Shown in pieces: positions 21,227 to 29,395 of a stretch of 32,000 nt of DNA; position 1 is the first letter of the stretch, and the number at the start of each line of letters is the position of its first letter. Origin of the DNA: Methanothermobacter thermautotrophicus str. Delta H (GTDB taxonomy: Archaea > Methanobacteriota > Methanobacteria > Methanobacteriales > Methanothermobacteraceae); NCBI RefSeq assembly GCF_000008645.1, contig NC_000916.1:1230001-1262000 (forward strand), written 5' to 3'. Below the pieces are notes generated by a model. The model was not told the origin of the DNA. It did no database searches and saw only the letters and a program-made list of their open reading frames with translations. A program made the position numbers and the translations under genes.

Positions 21227-21793
21227 TTAAAGTTCCTTCTTTACGACCTTTCTGGGTATGAACCTTAGCTCCTCGCTGTAAACATCCATATCTGCATTGC
21301 CAATAACCCTCACGGTTACTCCATTCAGATCCTCCACACGTTCTTCAAGTGCAGATTCATCTGCAGACTGGTTGATAATGTTCACAACCTCATCTGTTGT
21401 CATTTCAAGGATACTCTCTGCCTCCCTTCCAAAGAAGGTTATCATGACCTCACCGGTGTCGTCCATGATCCTCCCGGGGATCATGAGGAGGTAGCGTGGT
21501 TCATCCACCAGTTCCCCGCAGAAGTTGCATATGTTCTCATCGCTGAGATCAAGCCTCTCATTGCAGGATGGGCACTTTATGGAGAGAATCCGTCTTCCTG
21601 ACATCTCGATCAGCTCACCCTCTATGAGGACGTTCCTTGAATCCTCATCCAGATCCGCAATATCACGGTGGGGATAGAGCATCTCCTGGAGTTCATCGAA
21701 GGATGGGAGACCCTCAAGGTCCCTCTCGCTGGCCGGTTCAATCCTTGAACTGTTTCCTATGCTGAGTTTCAAGTCTTCCACCACCCATATCAT
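21227..21793 (-). CDS. C-terminal part of replication protein A (OB-fold plus zinc finger), in a different frame from the upstream RPA ORF
   Basis: Linker DLEGLPSFDELQEMLYPHRDIADLDEDSRNVLI matches the inter-OB linkers of the upstream ORF; zinc finger CPSCNERLDLSDENICNFCGE. Confidence 0.8.
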   Translation of the reverse strand: MIWVVEDLKLSIGNSSRIEPASERDLEGLPSFDELQEMLYPHRDIADLDEDSRNVLIEGELIEMSGRRILSIKCPSCNERLDLSDENICNFCGELVDEPRYLLMIPGRIMDDTGEVMITFFGREAESILEMTTDEVVNIINQSADESALEERVEDLNGVTVRVIGNADMDVYSEELRFIPRKVVKKEL

Positions 21794-23606
21794 CCCTGAA
21801 AACCACCCGGGGATTTTCTATCTTGACGGGGTCCCCTATGCTCAGGGGTTTCTCAGCAGCATCGTCCCAGAGGCTGGCCCTTATTGATCCCGTGTCATCA
21901 GCGAATTCAGCTGTCCTCACAAGTCCGGGGGTGCCGTCACCCCTCTGGAACTCCCTGGGTTCAAAGAGGTCAACGACCCTTGCAATTATCCTTATGTTCC
22001 TGTCGTCCTCCTCGAGGTCGGCTATTTTCTTTGTCTGATAGAGCATCTCCTCAAGTTCCTCAAAGGATGGAAGGTCCTCCATGTCCTCTGGCAGGGGGTT
22101 CACTATCCTTGTTGTTCGTCCGGCGCTGAGTTCCACGCTGTAGAGTCCAAGCCTTATGCGTGCGTTTTCTATTCTGACTGCGTCGCCGATATTCATGGGT
22201 TTCTCGGCCTTTTCATCCCAGAGACTGATCCTTATCTTGCCTGTCTCATCGGCAAGTTCCATTGACCTCACGATTCCGGTCCCGTCTTCCCTCTCAAATT
22301 CGCGGGGGTCACTGAGGCTGAAGATCCTTCCAACGACATCGACTTCCTCTCCCTCATCCTCCATTTCAAGTATCTCAGATATCTTCATTGGCCTCATCTG
22401 TTCCCTGTACTCCTCAAGGACCTTCAGCAGTGCACCGTCGGATTCAGGGTTGAGGGTGATGCGGGTGTTGAAGTTCGTGTTTATCCTGTAGGACTGGTTG
22501 AAGTCATCGAACTCGACATTGGCACCTGATATCCTGATGATATCCCCCTTGTTGATTTTGATGCGTGTATCCTCATCCCAGAGGGTTACCCTTGCAGATC
22601 CCGTGTCATCGGCTATCTCAATGGACTTCACAGAACCTGTTGTGCCGTCGTTTCTCTCAAATTCTACCGGGTCATTGACCTTTGTCACAAGGCCCATCAC
22701 AGTGACGTTTCTCATCTCATGGAGGTCCCCTATCTTCACGAGCTCCTCCCTGAATTCAGGTACATCGTATTCACCCGGCACCACCCTTGTGAGGCTGGTG
22801 TGGGTGAGGGTAACCTTATCGTCCCTTCTCCTTGGCTGGGCCCAGAGTATCTTCACTGCATCACCCTCCTTCAGTCCCAGTTCCTCAACGAGGTTTACGT
22901 CATTGTTCCAGAGGGTGTAGGTCGTTGAACCCGTTGCATCCATGATGTCCAGGGAGATGAACCTGCCCTCCCTTCCGTCCCTCTCAAAGGTCCTTACACG
23001 GGATACTCCTGTGATCCTTGCTATGACATTGACCTCATCATCCTCCACCAGATCTCCTATCGGGGTTATCTCCTCACGGTACTCAGGGAATTCAGGGTAG
23101 TCCTCGGGGTCAAGGACCTCCACGGTGGATCTTGGCATGAGGTGGGCCTCCTTCCTGCCGCCGAATCCTCCCCTTATGTTAACATCCTTTATCCTTATCA
23201 CATCGCCCTCCCTGAATTTCTTGAGGAGCTTGATGTTCTCTGTCCAGAACACTGCCCTGAGTTCACCTGTATCATCTGCGATTATCACGTTGGCGAGTTT
23301 CCCCTCCCTTCCCTTCCTGGTGGTGAAGGTCCTGGGGCTTGATATCTTCATGACCCTCCCTGTCACAGGGGTTTCGGCTCCCTCCTCAAGCTTGGATATT
23401 GTGTCCATCCTGTGTTCGGGTTTCTCGGATAGCATGGTGTTTTTTTCCTTCAGGATATCATCAACGACTGTCGATGCAATGGTAAGGTCATCCATGAATC
23501 CTATGTCCCCTAATTCCTCTTTCTTTTTTTCTATGAGTTCCTCAAATTCCTCAGGGGAGATCCTGTCCTTAATTCTTTCATATTCCCTCTTCAATTCTTC
23601 CTTCAT
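21738..23606 (-). CDS. rpa: Replication protein A, multi-OB-fold single-stranded DNA-binding protein (N-terminal part)
   Basis: Repeated OB-like units such as TRKGREGKLANVIIADDTGELRAVFWTE, EREDGTGIVRSMELADETGKIRISLWDE and QRGDGTPGLVRTAEFADDTGSIRASLWDD. Confidence 0.92.
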   Translation of the reverse strand: MKEELKREYERIKDRISPEEFEELIEKKKEELGDIGFMDDLTIASTVVDDILKEKNTMLSEKPEHRMDTISKLEEGAETPVTGRVMKISSPRTFTTRKGREGKLANVIIADDTGELRAVFWTENIKLLKKFREGDVIRIKDVNIRGGFGGRKEAHLMPRSTVEVLDPEDYPEFPEYREEITPIGDLVEDDEVNVIARITGVSRVRTFERDGREGRFISLDIMDATGSTTYTLWNNDVNLVEELGLKEGDAVKILWAQPRRRDDKVTLTHTSLTRVVPGEYDVPEFREELVKIGDLHEMRNVTVMGLVTKVNDPVEFERNDGTTGSVKSIEIADDTGSARVTLWDEDTRIKINKGDIIRISGANVEFDDFNQSYRINTNFNTRITLNPESDGALLKVLEEYREQMRPMKISEILEMEDEGEEVDVVGRIFSLSDPREFEREDGTGIVRSMELADETGKIRISLWDEKAEKPMNIGDAVRIENARIRLGLYSVELSAGRTTRIVNPLPEDMEDLPSFEELEEMLYQTKKIADLEEDDRNIRIIARVVDLFEPREFQRGDGTPGLVRTAEFADDTGSIRASLWDDAAEKPLSIGDPVKIENPRVVFRDDMGGGRLETQHRKQFKD

Positions 23607-23767
23607 TTTGGTCCCTCACTTGATTAATAATATCACGCCCCGTCTATAAAAGACTTGGTGAGCTCCTGAAAACTAATAAGTTATTACTATATATTTAAAT
23701 CTTATTATCAAAGTATTTATAGGGCCGGGTGAAAATATAGATGTAAAATTCAGACGAGTTTTTCAGT

Positions 23768-23875
23768 ATGAAGGCGAAAGACAGTTATCCAGTGAACATA
23801 TGGGGACATCAGAAGGTTAAAGAGGCTCTAATTTTCACAGACTGCCCCATGGACCACTTGCTGGAACCTTTATGA
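23768..23875 (+). CDS. Candidate 35-aa ORF upstream of leuC: MKAKDSYPVNIWGHQKVKEALIFTDCPMDHLLEPL
   Basis: ATG 23768 to TGA 23873-23875, in the long leuC upstream region; no convincing SD. Confidence 0.2.
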   Translation: MKAKDSYPVNIWGHQKVKEALIFTDCPMDHLLEPL

Positions 23876-23909
23876 ACCCTTCAATTATTCTGCTAAAGGA
23901 GGATAGAAG

Positions 23910-25169
23910 ATGTCTATGACTGTTTCTGAGAAGATACTTGCCAGGGCTTCAGGTAAGGATAGGGTGGAAGCCGGTGAAATAGTTATGGCGGATATAGATG
24001 TTGCGATGACCCATGACCTCACAGGTCCCCTGTCGGTTGAGTCCTTCAGGGCCATAGGTGAGGATAGGGTCTGGGACCCTGAAAAAATCGTTGTGATATT
24101 CGATCACCAGGTCCCTGCAGACTCCATTGAAGCCGCCCAGAACCACATGATAATGAGGGACTTCGTAGAGGAGCAGGGAATACGGAACTTCTATGACGTT
24201 CGTGAAGGCGTCTGTCACCAGGTGCTCCCTGAGAAGGGCCATGTTGTGCCCGGTGAGGTCGTGGTGGGTACAGACTCCCACACCTGCACCCACGGGGCCC
24301 TCGGAGCCTTCGCAACGGGTATAGGTTCAACAGATATGGCCATGGTATTTGCAACTGGGAAACTTTGGTTCAGGGTCCCTGAAACCCTGAGATTTGATGT
24401 GAGGGGAAAACTCAGGGAGCACGTCTATGCAAAGGACGTCATACTGAACATAATAGGGAGGGTTGGTGCCGATGGCGCAACCTACATGGCCTGTGAATTT
24501 GCAGGTGAAACCGTTGCAGAAATGAGTGTATCCGACCGTATGGTCCTCTCAAATATGGCAATAGAGATGGGTGGTAAGACAGGAATCGTGGAACCTGACG
24601 AAAAAACCCTGAACTATGTCAGGAGGAGGTCAGGTAAACCCTGGAGGGTCTTCAAAACAGACCCTGACGCTCCATCCCTCAGTGTCATGGAGGTCGACGT
24701 GAGTGACCTTGAACCCCAGGTCGCCTGTCCACACAATGTGGACAATGTGAAACCCGTCACCGAGGTGGAGGGGACAGAGATAGACCAGGTCTTCCTTGGT
24801 TCATGCACAAATGGAAGGCTCAGTGACCTCAGGGACGCTGCCGCCATACTGAAGAACAGGAAGGTCTCAGACAGTGTCAGGATGCTCGTCATACCTGCCT
24901 CCAGGGAGGTCTACCGCAGGGCCCTTGACGAGGGACTGATTGAGATATTCGTGGATGCAGGAGCCCTGGTATGCAACCCCTGCTGCGGCCCCTGCCTCGG
25001 AGGACACGTTGGACTGGTCGGACCAGGGGAGGTGAGCCTCTCAACCTCAAACAGGAACTTCAGGGGGAGGCAGGGAAGCCCCGAAGCAGAGGTCTACCTC
25101 TCCTCAGCAGCCGTGGCAGCCGCATCTGCAGTGAAGGGCAGCATAACCCACCCTGGGAGTCTGAAGTAG
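23910..25169 (+). CDS. leuC: 3-isopropylmalate / homoaconitate-type dehydratase large subunit
   Basis: [67 protein letters not shown] aggagg before ATG 23910. Confidence 0.92.
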   Translation: MSMTVSEKILARASGKDRVEAGEIVMADIDVAMTHDLTGPLSVESFRAIGEDRVWDPEKIVVIFDHQVPADSIEAAQNHMIMRDFVEEQGIRNFYDVREGVCHQVLPEKGHVVPGEVVVGTDSHTCTHGALGAFATGIGSTDMAMVFATGKLWFRVPETLRFDVRGKLREHVYAKDVILNIIGRVGADGATYMACEFAGETVAEMSVSDRMVLSNMAIEMGGKTGIVEPDEKTLNYVRRRSGKPWRVFKTDPDAPSLSVMEVDVSDLEPQVACPHNVDNVKPVTEVEGTEIDQVFLGSCTNGRLSDLRDAAAILKNRKVSDSVRMLVIPASREVYRRALDEGLIEIFVDAGALVCNPCCGPCLGGHVGLVGPGEVSLSTSNRNFRGRQGSPEAEVYLSSAAVAAASAVKGSITHPGSLK

Positions 25170-25180
25170 AGGTGATGGTA

Positions 25181-25669
25181 ATGAAAGGAAAGGTTTGGAA
25201 GTTCCCGGACGACGTGGACACTGACATAATCATACCCGGAAGGTACCTTGTAATGAGGGACCCTGAGAAGCTGAGGGAACACGTGATGGAGGGTCTGGAC
25301 CCTGAATTCCCGTCAAAGGTGAAACCCGGTGACTTCATCGTCGCCGGAAAAAACTTCGGGTGCGGTTCATCCAGGGAGCACGCCCCCCTGGCCCTGAAGG
25401 GTGCCGGGATAGCCGCGGTAATCGCAGAGTCCTTTGCAAGGATATTCTACAGGAACGCCATAAACGTTGGAATACCCCTCCTTGAGGCCCCGGGGATAAC
25501 AGAGAAACTCAATGAGGGTGATGAGATAGAGGTGGACCTCGATAGGGGTGTTATAATAAGGGGAGATGATGAATTCCCCTTCAAGAAACTCCCGGACTTC
25601 ATGGTTGAGATACTCGAGAAGGGTGGTCTTATACCCTACCTCAAGAAAAAGGGAGACTTTAAAGGGTGA
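25181..25669 (+). CDS. leuD: 3-isopropylmalate / homoaconitate-type dehydratase small subunit
   Basis: [45 protein letters not shown]. The ORF track start (24971) lies inside leuC; aggtg precedes ATG 25181. Confidence 0.92.
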   Translation: MKGKVWKFPDDVDTDIIIPGRYLVMRDPEKLREHVMEGLDPEFPSKVKPGDFIVAGKNFGCGSSREHAPLALKGAGIAAVIAESFARIFYRNAINVGIPLLEAPGITEKLNEGDEIEVDLDRGVIIRGDDEFPFKKLPDFMVEILEKGGLIPYLKKKGDFKG

Positions 25670-25674
25670 AATCA

Positions 25675-26655
25675 ATGAAGATAGCAGTCATACCCGGTGA
25701 TGGAATCGGAGTGGAGGTGATGGAGGCAGCCCTCCACATCCTGAACACCCTCGACCTTGACCTTGAATTCATACATGCAGATGCCGGTGATGCCTGCCTT
25801 AAAAGGACAGGGACGGCACTGCCAGAGGAGACCCTTGAAGCCGTGGGTGAAGCCAGGGCAACCCTCTTCGGGGCTGCGGGTGAAAGCGCAGCTGACGTTA
25901 TAGTCCGCCTGAGGCGTGAATTTGATCTTTTTGCGAATTTGAGGCCTGTTAAGTCCCTGCCAGGTGTCCCCTGCCTCTACCCGGACCTTGACTTTGTGAT
26001 TGTGCGGGAGAACACCGAGGACCTCTATGTCGGTGACGAGGAGTACACCCCTGAGGGCGCCGTTGCAAAAAGAATCATAACAAGAACCGCCTCCAGGAGA
26101 ATCAGCCAATTCGCCTTCCAGTACGCCCAGAAAGAGGGCATGCAAAAGGTAACAGCAGTCCACAAGGCCAACGTACTCAAAAAAACCGACGGAATCTTCA
26201 GAGACGAATTCTATAAAGTGGCATCAGAATACCCCCAGATGGAGGCCACCGACTACTACGTGGACGCCACAGCAATGTACCTCATAACCCAGCCCCAGGA
26301 ATTCCAGACCATCGTCACAACCAACCTATTCGGAGACATACTATCAGACGAAGCCGCAGGACTCATCGGAGGACTCGGACTCGCACCATCAGCAAACATA
26401 GGAGAAAAAAACGCACTATTCGAACCAGTGCACGGATCAGCACCCCAAATCGCAGGAAAAAACATAGCCAACCCCACAGCCATGATACTAACAACCACAC
26501 TAATGCTAAAACACCTCAACAAAAAACAAGAAGCCCAAAAAATAGAAAAAGCACTCCAAAAAACCCTTGCAGAGGGTCTTGTGACACCGGACCTCGGTGG
26601 GAAGCTTGGCACCATGGAGATGGCTGCCGAGATAGCCAGACACCTGGAGGATTGA
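25675..26655 (+). CDS. leuB: 3-isopropylmalate dehydrogenase family (beta-decarboxylating dehydrogenase)
   Basis: IPGDGIGVEVMEAA, NLRPVKSLPG, VIVRENTEDLY, NLFGDILSDEAAGLIGGLGLAPSANIG, FEPVHGSAPQIAGKNIANPTA. ATG 25675 (GTG 25666 is the alternative). Confidence 0.92.
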   Translation: MKIAVIPGDGIGVEVMEAALHILNTLDLDLEFIHADAGDACLKRTGTALPEETLEAVGEARATLFGAAGESAADVIVRLRREFDLFANLRPVKSLPGVPCLYPDLDFVIVRENTEDLYVGDEEYTPEGAVAKRIITRTASRRISQFAFQYAQKEGMQKVTAVHKANVLKKTDGIFRDEFYKVASEYPQMEATDYYVDATAMYLITQPQEFQTIVTTNLFGDILSDEAAGLIGGLGLAPSANIGEKNALFEPVHGSAPQIAGKNIANPTAMILTTTLMLKHLNKKQEAQKIEKALQKTLAEGLVTPDLGGKLGTMEMAAEIARHLED

Positions 26656-26660
26656 TATTC

Positions 26661-27854
26661 ATGCGTACAGAGGACGTCAGGAGAGACATACCCCTCCTCA
26701 GGGATCATGTCTACCTCGACGCTGCCAGCACAACCCCCACTCCACTCCCGGTTGTCAGGGCCATGACAGAATACTTTAAGGAATACAATGCCAACACCGG
26801 GAGGGGGGCCTACTCCCTGGTGCTAAGGGCCACCAGGAAACTCCAGGAGGCCAGGGAGAAGGTGGCTGGGTTCATAAACGCCTCCAGTGATGAGATAGTA
26901 TTCACCAAGAACACCTCTGAGGCCATCAACATCGTGGCGGGGGGACTCAGGTTCAGGAAGGGGGACTCAGTTGTTGTGCCAAACATCGAACACCACTCCA
27001 ACTTCCTCCCCTGGCTGAGGCTCCGTGAGAGGGGAGTTGATGTGAGGGTGGTGAAGGCAGATGAAGGGGGAGTGGTGGACCCCGGCAGAATAGAGGACGC
27101 CGTTGATGAGACCACAAGGCTCGTCACCGTGACCCACATCTCCAATGCCCTCGGTACGGTGCAGGACGTGAAGGAGATAGGGAGGATAGCCCATGACGTG
27201 GGGGCCCTCTACCTGGTTGATGCCGCCCAGTCGATAGGCCACATGGAGGTTGATGTGAGGGCCATTGGGGCTGACTTCGCAGCATTCCCTGGACACAAGG
27301 GGACCCTGGGACCTGTTGGCACGGGATTCCTCTACTGCAGCACTGATGTCCAGGGAGAACTTGAACCCCTGATGCTGGGGGGAGGTACGGTGCTTGATGT
27401 CTCAGAGGACGGATATGTGCTCGAGGACTTCCCGGCGAAGTTTGAGGCCGGCACCCTCAACATTGCAGGATTCATAGGCCTCGGTGCCTCAATAGACTAC
27501 ATGAACAGGATAGGAATCAGGAGGATCCAGAAACATGGCATGAAGATGACAGAGGAACTCCACGCTACCGTTTCATCCATCGATGGTATTGAATGCTATG
27601 GTGACCCCCAAAATATTTATGGTATCCTCTCCTTCAACATAAATAACATGGACCCCCACGACGTTGCAAAGATTCTTGACGAAACCGCCGGGATCTGTGT
27701 TAGAAGTGGTCACCACTGCGCTATACCTGCAATGAAGCACCTGGCGCTCCATGAAACCGGCGGCACCGTCAGGGCATCCATACACTACTACAACACATCA
27801 GAGGAAATCCAGCTCCTCGGAGAGACCCTCGAGGAAATAGCAGGGATGGGGTGA
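26661..27854 (+). CDS. Class V aminotransferase, cysteine desulfurase family (SufS/Csd-like)
   Basis: HVYLDAASTTPTPLPVV, FTKNTSEAINIVAGGL, HHSNFLPWL, DAAQSIGHMEVDV, ADFAAFPGHKGTLGPVGTGFLY, VRSGHHCAIPAM. ggagg upstream of ATG 26661. Confidence 0.9.
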   Translation: MRTEDVRRDIPLLRDHVYLDAASTTPTPLPVVRAMTEYFKEYNANTGRGAYSLVLRATRKLQEAREKVAGFINASSDEIVFTKNTSEAINIVAGGLRFRKGDSVVVPNIEHHSNFLPWLRLRERGVDVRVVKADEGGVVDPGRIEDAVDETTRLVTVTHISNALGTVQDVKEIGRIAHDVGALYLVDAAQSIGHMEVDVRAIGADFAAFPGHKGTLGPVGTGFLYCSTDVQGELEPLMLGGGTVLDVSEDGYVLEDFPAKFEAGTLNIAGFIGLGASIDYMNRIGIRRIQKHGMKMTEELHATVSSIDGIECYGDPQNIYGILSFNINNMDPHDVAKILDETAGICVRSGHHCAIPAMKHLALHETGGTVRASIHYYNTSEEIQLLGETLEEIAGMG

Positions 27855-27858
27855 TTTA

Positions 27859-27939
27859 ATGAATAAGGCACAGGCAATAGCATTACTGATAGTGATAATA
27901 ATGGTCCTGAGTACCATTGCAGGTGCACTTGTACTCTAA
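27859..27939 (+). CDS. 26-aa hydrophobic single-TM small protein: MNKAQAIALLIVIIMVLSTIAGALVL
   Basis: ATG 27859 preceded by ggggtgattta, TAA 27937-27939, fills the gap between the desulfurase and ribH; not in the supplied ORF track. Confidence 0.6.
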   Translation: MNKAQAIALLIVIIMVLSTIAGALVL

Positions 27940-27952
27940 ATGGAGGTATTGA

Positions 27953-28372
27953 ATGAAAAAAGTCAGGATAGGGGCTGTTGTAGCTGAGTTTAACTATGAC
28001 ATAACCCATATGATGCTGGAACTTGCAAAGGAACATGCCAGATTCCTTGATGCAGAGATAACCAGGGTGATTGCTGTACCCGGCGTGTTTGACATGCCAC
28101 TTGCAGTGAAGAAACTCCTTCTGGAAGATGAGATAGACGCCGTGATAACCCTAGGGGCGGTCATCGAGGGAGCCACCGACCATGACCAGATAGTCGTGCA
28201 GCACGCCTCACGTAAAATAGCCGACCTGGCCCTTGATTATGACAAGCCCGTGGCCCTCGGAATATCAGGACCCGGAATGACGAGGCTCGAGGCCCACCAG
28301 CGCGTTGACTACGCCAAGAGGGCTGTTGAGGCAGCTGTTAAAATGTACAGAAGACTTAAAGAGGATATTTAG
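27953..28372 (+). CDS. ribH: 6,7-dimethyl-8-ribityllumazine synthase
   Basis: VVAEFNYDITHMM, VPGVFDMPLAVKKLL, ITLGAVIEGATDHDQIV, ALGISGPGMTRLEA; tggagg upstream. Confidence 0.93.
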   Translation: MKKVRIGAVVAEFNYDITHMMLELAKEHARFLDAEITRVIAVPGVFDMPLAVKKLLLEDEIDAVITLGAVIEGATDHDQIVVQHASRKIADLALDYDKPVALGISGPGMTRLEAHQRVDYAKRAVEAAVKMYRRLKEDI

Positions 28373-28388
28373 TTTCCGGGGAGCTTCC

Positions 28389-29321
28389 ATGGAGATACTC
28401 AGGCCATCTGACCTGAAGGAGAGGTTCCAGGACCCCTGGATCTCACCATACCGGAAGGTCCTCACAATGGTGGACAGGGACATGGTTGAGATCCTGGAGT
28501 ACCACCCCTGCGTTTCAGGGTCAGAGTGGATGATATACCAGTACCAGAGATCCAGCAGACTCATAGAGAGGGCCCGGAGAGACGGTAACAGGCACAGCTA
28601 CCTTGCACGTACAGGTAAAGCTCCCATAGAACTCCAGGCCAGCCTTAACGCCGCTGGAATAGAGGAGGTGGCGGTTGAGGGTGATGAGGTCCGTGTTGTG
28701 CATGCAGGCCTTGCAGGTGCAGGTGTCGGCGCCGCCATGTGCCGGGGCATGGCTGAGGGTGTTAAGAGGATAGAACTCTACGAGGTCGGTGGTGGTTCAA
28801 AGCCGGGCCGGGCCGCTGTTATAACCCCCCGCCTTGAGAAGGTTGTTATCGGGATAGATGACACAGACACGCCAGAGAGCGGGGCCACCTGGACCCTTGC
28901 AAACAACATAGGACTGGAGGCCAGAAAACAGGGTTTTGAGTACATCGACCATGTCACGGTACAGCTCTACCCCCACAACCCACACAAGACACAGAACTGT
29001 GTGTCGGTTGCCCTTGCATTTGCAGTCAGACCCGGTGAAGCAGATAAACTGGTGGCCCTGGTAAGGGACCTCCTCAGGGATAACACCCTCTCAGATAAGA
29101 CAGCCATGGCAGTCCTGAGGGGTATAGTGGTGCCTGAAAAACTGAGGGAGTACTCTGCAAAATCCAAGAGGACCCTCATGGAAGTGGAGGAAGCCGAAGG
29201 GGTTGCCAGGGAACTTGGCGTGGAGCTAATCGAGGTTACCGGTTCTCAGGGCAAGATAGGGGCCCTTGCAGCCCTTGGACTCTACGATGATCCGGAGGAG
29301 GCCGCCAGGGTCTACTACTAG
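28389..29321 (+). CDS. Methanogenesis marker protein 11 (TiaS-like DDTD-containing protein)
   Basis: VVIGIDDTDTPESGATWTLANNIGLEARKQGFEYIDHVTVQLYPHNPHKTQNCVSVALAFAV. ATG 28389 follows gggag; the ORF track start 28305 lies within ribH. Confidence 0.75.
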   Translation: MEILRPSDLKERFQDPWISPYRKVLTMVDRDMVEILEYHPCVSGSEWMIYQYQRSSRLIERARRDGNRHSYLARTGKAPIELQASLNAAGIEEVAVEGDEVRVVHAGLAGAGVGAAMCRGMAEGVKRIELYEVGGGSKPGRAAVITPRLEKVVIGIDDTDTPESGATWTLANNIGLEARKQGFEYIDHVTVQLYPHNPHKTQNCVSVALAFAVRPGEADKLVALVRDLLRDNTLSDKTAMAVLRGIVVPEKLREYSAKSKRTLMEVEEAEGVARELGVELIEVTGSQGKIGALAALGLYDDPEEAARVYY

Positions 29322-29395
29322 TACGGAATAAATCCATGCTACTTATGGGGCTCTTCAGAGGCATCCAGGTGGGCTAGGGAACTCAGACCACCTGA

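Noticed and set aside
21823-23649. Plus-strand ORFs 21823..22038, 22156..22491, 22498..22920 and 23125..23649 opposite RPA.
   Set aside because: Ser/Pro/Thr-rich mirror-frame translations of the repeated OB-fold coding sequence, not independent genes.
24971-25180. 70-codon N-terminal extension of the leuD ORF ([14 protein letters not shown]...).
   Set aside because: It overlaps the conserved C-terminus of leuC in another frame; the SD-supported start is ATG 25181.
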